64,000 nt of DNA, taken from positions 1,504,001 through 1,568,000 of the forward strand of contig CAVSGI010000010.1 in the NCBI GenBank assembly GCA_963727445.1. The letters run 5' to 3'. A program made the translations under genes and the position numbers. Below, one piece after another: positions 9,543 to 18,448 of this stretch. Position 1 is the stretch's first letter. Each line of letters begins with the position of its first letter. The notes under the pieces are model-generated. The model searched no databases. It was not told the DNA's origin and saw nothing but the letters and a program-made list of their open reading frames with translations. This DNA is from an uncultured delta proteobacterium (lineage in GTDB: Bacteria; Myxococcota_A; Polyangia; Polyangiales; B10-G4).

Positions 9543-11306
9543 TCATGGCAGGTCGAGGGCCCATGCCGGGACGACCGCACCCCGACCGGCGCACGCGCCC
9601 CCCTCGGCGCTGCTGTAGTCGCCGCGCGTTGGATCGACGAAGACCTCGGCGGTGTTGCCGACGATGTCGCTGTTCAGCTCGTGGCCCAGCCGAGCGCGGG
9701 CTTCGTCGAGCGTGAGGTGGTCGAGGCCCGTGTCGTGGCGCCGGCCGTAGGCGATGAAGTCGGTGACGTCGGTGACGTAGCAGTTGTCGTCGAAGTCGTT
9801 GTCCGTGGCGATCTGCGAATCGGCGATGTCGGCGGCCTGGGGCACCTCACGGACGTACTCGGCCTGGTAGATCAGACCCATGTGGTTGTAGTCGCGTTCG
9901 GCGATGGCCGTGGTGAGGCCCGAGAAGACGTTGCCGCGGATGGTGTGCCCCGTGGCCCACACCCGAAACTCCAGGAACTGGTCGACGCCGATCAGCGTGT
10001 TGTTCCGGGCGGTGAAGTGGTGGCCCATGCGTTCGAAGACCTCGCCCTGGTCGAAGGGGCCGCCCGAGCCACCGAGGCGAATGCGACCGCCACCCACGAC
10101 GAGATTGCCGTCGAAGGTGATGTTCGACGGAGACCATTGCCCGAGGCTGCCGAAGTCGTGGATGACGTTTCCGGAAATGTCGAACGGACCCTCTGCCGGG
10201 TTCTTGAAGAAGAACGCCTGAGGCACGTGGTAGATGTGGTTGTTCCGGATCGTGAGCTCGCCGTTGCCGCCACAGTCTTCGATGTAGGTCTCGCAGGAGA
10301 GGGTGGTGATGGCCCCGAAGTGCTGCCCGTCCGTCGTGGTGCGCCAGTCGTGAGTGACGCCGTCGTCGATCGGGATCAGGTCGTGGAGGATGTTCGACTC
10401 GACGGTGATCGCATAGGGCCCGCCTCCGTCTCCTCGATTCACCCTGACGAGGCCGGGATTGCCGCCACCACTGGTGGCGTACTCGTAGACCTCGTTGCCA
10501 CGAACGACGATGTCGTGCGTCTGGTTTCGCGGATCCGAAGCGTTGCCCGTTCCGCCGCCGATGTTGATGGCGCCCTGGTGGACGGTGATGTTCTCGATGT
10601 TCCAGTACGCCGTCTCCTGAGACAGGCTCCCCACACGGATGTTGCCAGCGCCGGACGCGCATGCGCGTTCGCCGGGAAAGGAGCGCACGGTGATCGGTTC
10701 GCTGGGCGTTCCGGACGCGACGTCGTACGTGGTGCCACCAGCCCATGCGGGGAGACTGACGCGACCGATCGAGAGCAGGCCCCGAACCGTACCCGCACTG
10801 GAATCTCCCCAGCTCACCACCTTGCTGTCGTGCGCGTTCGCGTCATCGTAGACGCCTCCCCTCAAGTAGATGACGTCACCGGGGCCCGCCTGGCGCACCG
10901 CTTCCTGCGGCGTCCTCAAAGGAGCCTCGAAGCTCGCGTCGTTGGCGTCGTCGCCCTCGGGTGAGACGTACCAGCACCGCCCCCCGCCCACGGCTTCGCA
11001 CAGGGCCACGGCCGCTTCATCCCGCTGGGCCGGCCGCTCGGCATCCTCGCAGCCCACGATCGGCGCCCCGCTCCCCTCTCCTCCGGGAGCGCCTTCGGGG
11101 ACCGGGACCATCGTGCTCCCGTCCATCGCGCCATCGGTCGGCACTTCTGCATCGGGCGCCGGCGCGCCGCTGTCGTCGACGTCCCCTCCGCCGTCCGGGG
11201 CTGACGTTCCCGAATCGGGCGATCCTGCGGTGTCGTCACAGCCGACGAGGGTCAGCCCAAGCGACAGTCCGACGATGGAAAGGAGGGGGTTTGCCTGGAT
11301 CCGCAT
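9543..11306 (-). CDS. Right-handed beta-helix (DUF1565/pectate-lyase-like) lipoprotein
   Basis: LVGC lipobox; WYVSPEGDDAN..S.EAPLRT.QEA....PGDVIYLRGGVY; repeated I.V..N.. strands. Confidence 0.8.
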   Translation of the reverse strand: MRIQANPLLSIVGLSLGLTLVGCDDTAGSPDSGTSAPDGGGDVDDSGAPAPDAEVPTDGAMDGSTMVPVPEGAPGGEGSGAPIVGCEDAERPAQRDEAAVALCEAVGGGRCWYVSPEGDDANDASFEAPLRTPQEAVRQAGPGDVIYLRGGVYDDANAHDSKVVSWGDSSAGTVRGLLSIGRVSLPAWAGGTTYDVASGTPSEPITVRSFPGERACASGAGNIRVGSLSQETAYWNIENITVHQGAINIGGGTGNASDPRNQTHDIVVRGNEVYEYATSGGGNPGLVRVNRGDGGGPYAITVESNILHDLIPIDDGVTHDWRTTTDGQHFGAITTLSCETYIEDCGGNGELTIRNNHIYHVPQAFFFKNPAEGPFDISGNVIHDFGSLGQWSPSNITFDGNLVVGGGRIRLGGSGGPFDQGEVFERMGHHFTARNNTLIGVDQFLEFRVWATGHTIRGNVFSGLTTAIAERDYNHMGLIYQAEYVREVPQAADIADSQIATDNDFDDNCYVTDVTDFIAYGRRHDTGLDHLTLDEARARLGHELNSDIVGNTAEVFVDPTRGDYSSAEGGACAGRGAVVPAWALDLP

Positions 11307-11352
11307 GGTGATCACTATGCGGATCTCGGGCCCGCACCACCACGCCGACGGT

Positions 11353-11367
11353 CTTAACCGGGCTTAG
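11353..11367 (-). promoter_or_regulatory. Putative operator direct repeat CTAAG-N5-TTAAG
   Basis: Minus strand CTAAGCCCGGTTAAG, 46 nt upstream of ATG 11306; near-identical copy 46 nt upstream of the paralog at 14538. Confidence 0.55.
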
Positions 11368-11368
11368 C

Positions 11369-12479
11369 TCACCAACGAATCGCCGCTCCGTCGAAGCGTA
11401 CGGTGGCACCGTCGTGCCAACCGGTACCTACGCGAAAGGATCGGATGCCGCGGTTGACCACGTCTTTCGACAGGACGCCGGTTTCACCGGAGAGAACTCG
11501 AAGCGGCACCTGGTAGCGGCGATACCCGACGTTCGCCGCGAGGGTCAGGGCCCCCACGAGGAAGAAATCCTGGCCCGAAGAGGCTGGGGTCGAAATGCCC
11601 AGCTGGGCCCAATAGCCGTGTGCGTCGCTCTCGATCGCGACGTAGAGCTCGAGGAAAGCGAGCTGAAACTGTCCTTCATCGAGGGTCAGTGGGTAGTCGA
11701 GTGCTTCGATGCGGAGGTTCTCCCAGCACGAGGGATACGGCGGGTCCACTGGATCACAGACGGGTCTGCCGTACTCCTCGCCCGACGGGTAGACATCCCG
11801 CGCGCAGTGGGCCGTCCATTCCCAGTAGTGGTCCCCGTCCTGGGCCGAGGCGCTCCCCGTTGCGAAATCGATGCACGTGGGATTCGGAGCTGCGGAATCC
11901 CGCGGACTCGTCAGCCATCGGAAAACCGAGGTCCGCTGGTGGGTTCAGGAGCACGCCGATGACGTCACTGCACGTGACGCGACTGGAGCTGTCCTCGGCG
12001 ACGAGCCTGACGTGGTACTGCTCGGCGGGCGTCAGCTCGAAGAGAGTCGTCGCCACGACCGGGTCCGCGCCCGCGGCGCCCACCAGAAAACTCCGCGCCA
12101 GCTCGGGATTGTCGTCGCTGGTGACCGTTCGAAACAGCTCGCCCGCCAGGAGCTGCTCCTCGGAGGCGGCGATGTCCACCTCGTACGCGAAGAGCTCATC
12201 GAGGTTGTCCGCCTCCCAAGCGATGCGCGCTTGGCTTGCGGTGACCCACTCGACGTGGAGATTCGTGATGGTAATCGCTCCGGGCTCGGCCTCCGGTCGT
12301 CCACAGACCCCGGCCGCACCACGCACGCAGACGTTTGCGCTCCTGTCGCACTGCCACCCAGCCGCGCAGGGACACTCGAGGCCGGTGGTGGGCACGGGCT
12401 CGAGCACGCAGCCCCCGACGACCATCGCGAGGAGTGTCGAGAAGGCGCCGAGGACCTGGGGCAACGGCTTCTTCACCAC
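11369..12479 (-). pseudogene. FN3-like Cys-rich lipoprotein interrupted by a single-base frameshift near 11895 (pseudogene or sequencing error)
   Basis: 5' part VVKKPLPQ...VGGC...LTPAEQYHVRLVA in one frame; 3' part ...APNPTCIDFATG...CDPVDPPYPSCWENL...IRW in the adjacent frame. Confidence 0.6.
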
Positions 12480-12501
12480 GAGCGAAGTATAGCTGAAACC
12501 G

Positions 12502-14331
12502 TCACCGCCGCGGGCAGGCCCACTCGCCGAGGGGATACGCGCCGATGTCGACGGACGCGACGCCGAAGAACTCACCGACGCCAGCGCCGACGGCCGGGCT
12601 CGTGGCCGACAGGTGCAGGTCCGCCGGGGCGCCGACGAAGTCTGGGTCTGCCGAGATGCTGCTGCTCTCCTCGTCGAACTCGCTCCGAAACTCTGGCAGG
12701 GTGTAGGGCGTGCCCGAGTACTCGCCGCCGGTCCAGTTCGGACGCAGATGGATGTCTGCCTGGGTGTTGTCGAAGAAGAGGTTGTTGAAGGAGCTGTAGT
12801 GCCCCACGTAGTCGTCGACCGTGGTGGTCGTTCCGCCGCTGTGGAGGTAGAACCCCGCGTCCAGGCCGGCGAAGATGTTGTTGAAGAAGCGATGGCCGGT
12901 AGGCCCATCGAAGCCCAGGCGGATGCCGACGCCGCCGCCGTAGAAGTCGTTGTTGAAGACCCAATTGTCGTCGCTGTCCTCGGCACTGCCCGGCAGGCGG
13001 ACGCCGACCCGAGCGTTGACCACGACGTTGCCGTAGATCCGCCAGTGGCCCCCTGGTCGATACTCGGCGTCCGTCGGCTGACAGCCGTCGGTGTTCGTCG
13101 CGGACCACACGCAGCGGTAGCCACCTGGCTCGAAAGCCGTGTTCACGTCGTGGATGTAGTTGTAGCGGGCGATCAGGTTGGAGACGCCGCTCTTGACGCC
13201 TATCGCGGCCTGGCCCGGGATGTCGAAGACCTCGTTGTACTCCACGACGTGGGGGTTGTCCGGGTCGGAGACCATGAACGTGATCCCCTTGCTGTTCGAG
13301 ACGCCACCCCAGTAGACGGAGTCGAACACGACGTTGTAGCGGACCAGCGCCCCTCCCGAGCTCCAGATCCGCATGCCGTAGGAGTTGTCGTTGCCGTTCG
13401 AGGTGTGACCGAAGACGTTGCCCTCCACGACGATGTCGTCGGCACCTTCGAAGAAGATGGGCTGCGGCTGCGCGTAGTAGATCTCCAGGCCACGCACGAC
13501 GAGGTGGTCCGACCAGAACCGGCCGAGACCCCGCTGGCTCAGCTCGTACACCTCGTCGTTGGGGTCCTCACCCGCCGGTGGATAGAAGTAGATGAAGCAG
13601 CCTTCGTTGTCGCCGAAGCACTGATTGCCGTCGGCGTCCGCCTTCGTCCAGTGGTCGGGGTCGACCAGGTTCGAGACGTTGTCGTGGTCCCGGCCGCCGT
13701 CGAGGTCCGACTGGTGGGTGACCCGCCGGTCCCCATGGAACATTGCCTTCGGATCGTTTTCGAGGAACCCGGCCGGCGTGCGCCAGATGTTCGCATCGTA
13801 CGACTCCCAGCTTCGTCCCTCCGTGCTCAGCGATCCGTAGATCCGCACGCGCTCGCCCGGGTATCCGCGAATGGTCACGTAGGCGGTCTCGGTCCCGTCA
13901 TCGATGCCGACGTCGTAGGAGGGCTCCTCCATCACGCGGTAGAGGCCTTCGCGAATGGTGAGCGTATCGCCCGGGGTGAGGGCGGACAGGCCTTTTCGGA
14001 TGCTGCGGAATGGCGACTGCATCGTGCCCGGGTCGTCGTCGTCACCGGTGGTGGCCACGAAGTACTCGGTGCCCACGGTGGACAGCGGCGTCGTCTCGCA
14101 CGAAACCGGGTCGATGCAGGCGCCACAGTCGAGGACGCACGTAGTGCAGTCTTCGCCGCCACTACACACGTCGTCGCCGCACATCGGCGCGCCCCCGGCA
14201 TCTGCTCGGCCCGCCGCGTCGGGAGGGTCGCTCGCGTCCGGGAGCGGGCTCGCATCGCCTGCGCTCATGTCATTCGAGGTGGCGCAACCGAGGAGGCACA
14301 CCATCAACGAGCAGTAGCAAAATCGACCCAC
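12502..14331 (-). CDS. Right-handed beta-helix (DUF1565-like) lipoprotein with Cys-rich CGD..C...E.C..C..DC motif
   Basis: LLGC lipobox; YFVATTGDDDDPGT..SPFRSI..G...L.PGDTL.IREGLY; many N-ladder strands; C-terminal DLHLSATSPAVGAG...DIGAY. Confidence 0.85.
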   Translation of the reverse strand: MGRFCYCSLMVCLLGCATSNDMSAGDASPLPDASDPPDAAGRADAGGAPMCGDDVCSGGEDCTTCVLDCGACIDPVSCETTPLSTVGTEYFVATTGDDDDPGTMQSPFRSIRKGLSALTPGDTLTIREGLYRVMEEPSYDVGIDDGTETAYVTIRGYPGERVRIYGSLSTEGRSWESYDANIWRTPAGFLENDPKAMFHGDRRVTHQSDLDGGRDHDNVSNLVDPDHWTKADADGNQCFGDNEGCFIYFYPPAGEDPNDEVYELSQRGLGRFWSDHLVVRGLEIYYAQPQPIFFEGADDIVVEGNVFGHTSNGNDNSYGMRIWSSGGALVRYNVVFDSVYWGGVSNSKGITFMVSDPDNPHVVEYNEVFDIPGQAAIGVKSGVSNLIARYNYIHDVNTAFEPGGYRCVWSATNTDGCQPTDAEYRPGGHWRIYGNVVVNARVGVRLPGSAEDSDDNWVFNNDFYGGGVGIRLGFDGPTGHRFFNNIFAGLDAGFYLHSGGTTTTVDDYVGHYSSFNNLFFDNTQADIHLRPNWTGGEYSGTPYTLPEFRSEFDEESSSISADPDFVGAPADLHLSATSPAVGAGVGEFFGVASVDIGAYPLGEWACPRR

Positions 14332-14476
14332 AGAGACCTCCTGACGTGCTGAGCGGAGGGCAATTTCGGTGTTCGCCAGCGTCTGCCTCCGCTCCCTTCA
14401 CAAAGCGTGATCGCGGTCGCCGCGTCCAGGCATCGCTTCTGAGCTGCTCTGAGCTGGCCTCGGATCGTCCGCGCAT

Positions 14477-14491
14477 CTAAGTGCGGTTAAG
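14477..14491 (+). promoter_or_regulatory. Putative operator direct repeat CTAAG-N5-TTAAG
   Basis: CTAAGTGCGGTTAAG, 46 nt upstream of ATG 14538. Confidence 0.55.
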
Positions 14492-14537
14492 CGAGGCGCG
14501 GTGGCTCGCCCCAGCCTCCATCGCCCAGGATGGAGAC

Positions 14538-16304
14538 ATGGTCGAACGAGGGCTTTGTTGCGCACTGGTCGCCTTGTGCGCGTGTACCGGGGGGGTGGTG
14601 GGCTCGACGAGCCCCGAGGACGGAAGCGCGCCGGTACCGGCGGACGGCGGGGTCGACGCCACGAGCAGCGGCCCCGACGCCGCTCCGGATGGGGCGGCAC
14701 GGGACGCGGAGATCCCACGAGATCCGGGGCCATCAGACGCCCCAGGCGGACCGATCGTCGACGCTCCCATCGTCGGCTGCGAGGACGCCGACCGTCCCGC
14801 ACGCCGGCTCGCGAGCCCAGACGAGGTTTGTGAAGCGGTGGATGGCGCGCGCTGCTGGTACGTGAGCCCCGAGGGCAGCGACGATGCTCCCGGTACCTTC
14901 GAGCAGCCGTTGGGCAAAGCGCAGGAAGCCGCCAAGCGCGTCGGGCCTGGCGACATCATCTATCTGCGCGGAGGGGTCTACGACGAGGACAACGCCTTCG
15001 TGTCCAGAGTGAACCAATGGAGCAACCCCGACGCGGGGGTGCAGCACGCCTTCTTCCGCGCGGGGTCGATCTCCTTGCCCGACTGGGCCGGCGGCGACAA
15101 CTACGACGTGGCATCCGGAACCGAGGAAGCGCCCATCGTCCTTCGCTCCTTCCCCGGCGAGCGGGCCTGTGTCTCAGGCGCAGGCGGAATCGGGTTCGGC
15201 AGCTTGAGGACCGAGATCGCCTATTGGAGCGTCGAGAACGTCACGCTCCACGGGGCCGCCATCGGCATCGGGGGCGGCCGTGGCACGGCGGACGCCCCTG
15301 AAAACCAGACGCACGAAATCACCGTGGCCGGCAACGAGGTCTTCGGGGTTCAGGAGAGCTCCGGTCACAACACGGGGCTCGTCAAGGTCGACCGGGGAGA
15401 CGGCGGCGGTCCCTACGACATCACGATCGAGAGCAACATCCTTCATGAGCTCTATTGCCGAGACAGCGATGGGGTGGTGCGTGGATGGGACACGATGCAC
15501 GACGCACAACACTACGCGGCGATCACGACGCTGAGCTGCGAGACCTACTTCGGCGTCGAATGTGGCGGCAACGGTGCGCTCACCGCTCGCAACAACCACA
15601 TCTATCACGTCCCCCAGGCCTTCTTCCTCAAGAACCCGGCGGTGGGCCCGTTCCATCTCTACGACAACGTCATCCACGACATCGGGAGCATGGGGAAGTG
15701 GTCGCCTTCGAACATCACCTTCGAAAACAACCTCGTCTATGGAGGGATCGGTCGAATCGACCTCGGTGGCTCCGGTGGCAGTGCCGAGACCACGGGCGTC
15801 TACGAGCGCATGGGCCGCAATCTGACCGTGCGAAACAATACGTTCATCGGCATGAACACCCTGGTCCACTTTCGGATCTACGCGTCCGGCCACACGGTCG
15901 AGGGCAACATCATCCAAGGTCTGTTCTCCATGGACCAGGCCGACTGGGACCACATGGGGTACATCTTCCAGTCGCAGGGATGGGTCAACCCGGACATGGA
16001 GCCCAACATCGAGCTGTCGCAGCTGGCGCGCGAAAACACCTTCGATGACAACTGCTTCATCACACCGAACCACGACTTTCTCGCCTACGGCCGTCGCTTC
16101 GATCCGGGCACCGGAACGGAGCTCACGCACCTGAGCCTCGAGGACGCCCGTACGCGCCTGTCCTACGAGCTGACCAGCGACGTCGTCGATTCGTTGGAGG
16201 AGGCGCTGGTCGAACCGACGACGGGGGACTACCGCGTACGTGTTGACGGCCCGTGCGCTGGTCGCGGAGCCACGCCGCCCGACTGGGCCAGGTCGATCCC
16301 ATGA
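14538..16304 (+). CDS. Right-handed beta-helix lipoprotein, paralog of 9543-11306
   Basis: LCAC lipobox; shares long identical blocks with 9543-11306 (APIVGCEDA, RGDGGGPY.IT.ESNILH, AITTLSCETY, NNHIYHVPQAFF.KNPA.GPF, WSPSNITF). Confidence 0.85.
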   Translation: MVERGLCCALVALCACTGGVVGSTSPEDGSAPVPADGGVDATSSGPDAAPDGAARDAEIPRDPGPSDAPGGPIVDAPIVGCEDADRPARRLASPDEVCEAVDGARCWYVSPEGSDDAPGTFEQPLGKAQEAAKRVGPGDIIYLRGGVYDEDNAFVSRVNQWSNPDAGVQHAFFRAGSISLPDWAGGDNYDVASGTEEAPIVLRSFPGERACVSGAGGIGFGSLRTEIAYWSVENVTLHGAAIGIGGGRGTADAPENQTHEITVAGNEVFGVQESSGHNTGLVKVDRGDGGGPYDITIESNILHELYCRDSDGVVRGWDTMHDAQHYAAITTLSCETYFGVECGGNGALTARNNHIYHVPQAFFLKNPAVGPFHLYDNVIHDIGSMGKWSPSNITFENNLVYGGIGRIDLGGSGGSAETTGVYERMGRNLTVRNNTFIGMNTLVHFRIYASGHTVEGNIIQGLFSMDQADWDHMGYIFQSQGWVNPDMEPNIELSQLARENTFDDNCFITPNHDFLAYGRRFDPGTGTELTHLSLEDARTRLSYELTSDVVDSLEEALVEPTTGDYRVRVDGPCAGRGATPPDWARSIP

Positions 16305-16474
16305 CCGTGTCACCCGATTCACCCCGTCCCGAGTGGCTCATGTGCGAAGACTTCGAGGGCGCCGACTGCATCGAAATGATGATGAAGATCAACACGCCCG
16401 GCGCGAGCGACGGGGAGATGGCCTTCTGGATCGATGACGAGCTCGCGCACTCGGAGTCAGCCTCCTGCCGGTGA
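16301..16474 (+). pseudogene. Internally deleted remnant of a polysaccharide-lyase-like (jelly-roll) gene
   Basis: 57 aa MTVSPDSPRPEWLMCEDFEGADCIEMMMKINTPGASDGEMAFWID: an N-terminal CEDFE motif directly abuts a motif normally found near the C-terminus; ATGA overlap with upstream gene. Confidence 0.45.
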
Positions 16475-16615
16475 ACCAGGTGGTCCACCTGGTCCGGTGG
16501 TCCACCCTGCGCTCCGCCCCGAGCTTCCGGAAAAGCGTTCGATTCCCGCACCTGAGCTCGTCGGCACGCGCCGTGCTGAATCTCATCGAGCGCGACGACG
16601 CGCGGGAGGAAATCG

Positions 16616-18382
16616 ATGGAAAGAAGCGTGGGGAAAGTGTGGATCTTGGGGGTGCTGCTCGCCGTGGCGGGAGTGGGCTGCATCGAAGTCACACCGTGGC
16701 CGGGGGCAGAGGGCCCGGGCTCGGATTCGGGATCGACGATGACCGATCCCGACGCGGGCACGATGGAGCCAGAGCCCGACGCGTCCTCGGAAGTGGGCGC
16801 GGTGGGCATGTTCCTCCAGATCGGCGACGAGACGCCCTCGCAGCTCTATGAGCTCACGGTCGACGCGGACACCTACGCGGAGATCGTCGACGCCGTGGGG
16901 CACGTGCCTGACGGCTTGATCGAAGGCGAGCCTTCGCGCGAGCCGGGGACCCGGAGCGTCACGCCGGTCGTCTCGTCGGTCGCCGACAGTCGGATCTTCG
17001 AAGGGATCAGCCGGAGCGAACGCGGGGCGTCGACCGATGATCTGGGCAGGATGCGGATCCTCTTCGGTGGCGGCGTCGCCCAACCGATCGGGCTCCTTCT
17101 GCCTGCAGTACAGAAGGTTCGCGCGGCCGCCGCCCGCAGCCACACCACGCTGGACCAGGTCGACTTCGAGCTCACCTTCGAGCTGCCACTCTCGGACACC
17201 GAAGTGTCGACAATCACGTACACGGGGCTCGAGAACCAGCCCCCGCCGAGCCCGCCCCCCTTCGTCGACGTGAGCGGCGACAGCTGGGCTGCCTCACCCG
17301 AGATGAGCGACGAGCTGCGGGCGCGGCAGCTGATCGACGTGGAGACCGATTTCCGGGTCGATGGAGATCTCCGCTTCAGCCGTGCCTCGGATGGCTCCCT
17401 GCTCCTGCAGCCCTGGACCATGGACGAGCCAGACTCGGCCGACTACACGATCTGGCGGGAGACCGGCGGCCAGCGCTCACTCGTGCTGGACATCCAGGAC
17501 CGGATCGGTGGCCGTGTGCTTCACCGTTTCCGCATCCCGCGCGCCGACCTTCCGACGGACATCGACTCCGGGATGATGTCTGCGTCGATGTCCGGCTACC
17601 TGAAGATCGGGGACATCAAGGGCGAGTCCACGGACGCACGTCACGAGATCGAGCTCTTCGACACGCACTTCGTGCGGCCCCCCACGAGCACCGAGTTCGA
17701 TCTGGCGCGCCGGCAGCTCGGGCTGTTGTCCACCCGCAGCACCGCGACTCTTGTCGACAGCTGGACCACCAACCGCGACGCGACCATCCGGGCACTTCGC
17801 GCGGCGAGCGTGCAGGCCAACGATCAGGAAGGGCTCCTCTGCGTGACGATGATGCCCCTCCTCGGAGAGATGATGCTGGCGCTTCAGGCCGGTCTCGACG
17901 ACGGTTCGATCCCGGAGACGCGCGAGCTTCGACGGATCCTCGCGGATTACTACGAAGCCTACGAGCTCCTCGGTGAGCCGGAGCATCACGCGTTCATCGG
18001 CGGCGACCTCGCGTCCGCGGCGTACGACCGTCCCCTCGACGCCGCGGACGCGGAGGTGGCTTGCGGCGCCATCCCGCGCATCATGGGCGTCTGGGACGAC
18101 ACGGACATCGTCCACATCCTCGTCGACTCGGACGCGCAGGCACTCGGTGATGACGGCAGGGACCTGCTCATCGGTGGCAGCGGTCGCTACTTCGACGACC
18201 TGGTCGTGGAGCTCATCGAGCGGTTGGACCGGCTCGCCGCCGATCCCACGAGCGAGCCGGTGGCCACACCGATCGACGCTCTGCTCATCATCAATCGGGT
18301 CGGCGAGACGCTCGACCAGCACCAGTCACTGGCCGTCAGCCGTTACAGGATGTCGGACGTGCTCGTCAGCAGCTACCGCTGA
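16616..18382 (+). CDS. Hypothetical lipoprotein carrying many short signature peptides of unrelated families
   Basis: GGAGG RBS; AGVGC lipobox; motifs IGLLLPAVQKVR, YLKIGDIKGESTD, DVLVSSY, GRDLLIGG, PIDALLIIN etc. (see findings). Confidence 0.8.
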   Translation: MERSVGKVWILGVLLAVAGVGCIEVTPWPGAEGPGSDSGSTMTDPDAGTMEPEPDASSEVGAVGMFLQIGDETPSQLYELTVDADTYAEIVDAVGHVPDGLIEGEPSREPGTRSVTPVVSSVADSRIFEGISRSERGASTDDLGRMRILFGGGVAQPIGLLLPAVQKVRAAAARSHTTLDQVDFELTFELPLSDTEVSTITYTGLENQPPPSPPPFVDVSGDSWAASPEMSDELRARQLIDVETDFRVDGDLRFSRASDGSLLLQPWTMDEPDSADYTIWRETGGQRSLVLDIQDRIGGRVLHRFRIPRADLPTDIDSGMMSASMSGYLKIGDIKGESTDARHEIELFDTHFVRPPTSTEFDLARRQLGLLSTRSTATLVDSWTTNRDATIRALRAASVQANDQEGLLCVTMMPLLGEMMLALQAGLDDGSIPETRELRRILADYYEAYELLGEPEHHAFIGGDLASAAYDRPLDAADAEVACGAIPRIMGVWDDTDIVHILVDSDAQALGDDGRDLLIGGSGRYFDDLVVELIERLDRLAADPTSEPVATPIDALLIINRVGETLDQHQSLAVSRYRMSDVLVSSYR

Positions 18383-18448
18383 AGTCCGAGCGATCGGAGC
18401 CCTCGAGGCGCCCACCGGACCCAGCCTCGTCTGACGGCGAAGCAGGTC

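Noticed and set aside
16616..18382. Calling this gene hcp or part of a T6SS / type IV pilin locus
   Set aside because: Only short fragments match. There is no contiguous Hcp domain, no prepilin cleavage site and no other T6SS genes nearby.
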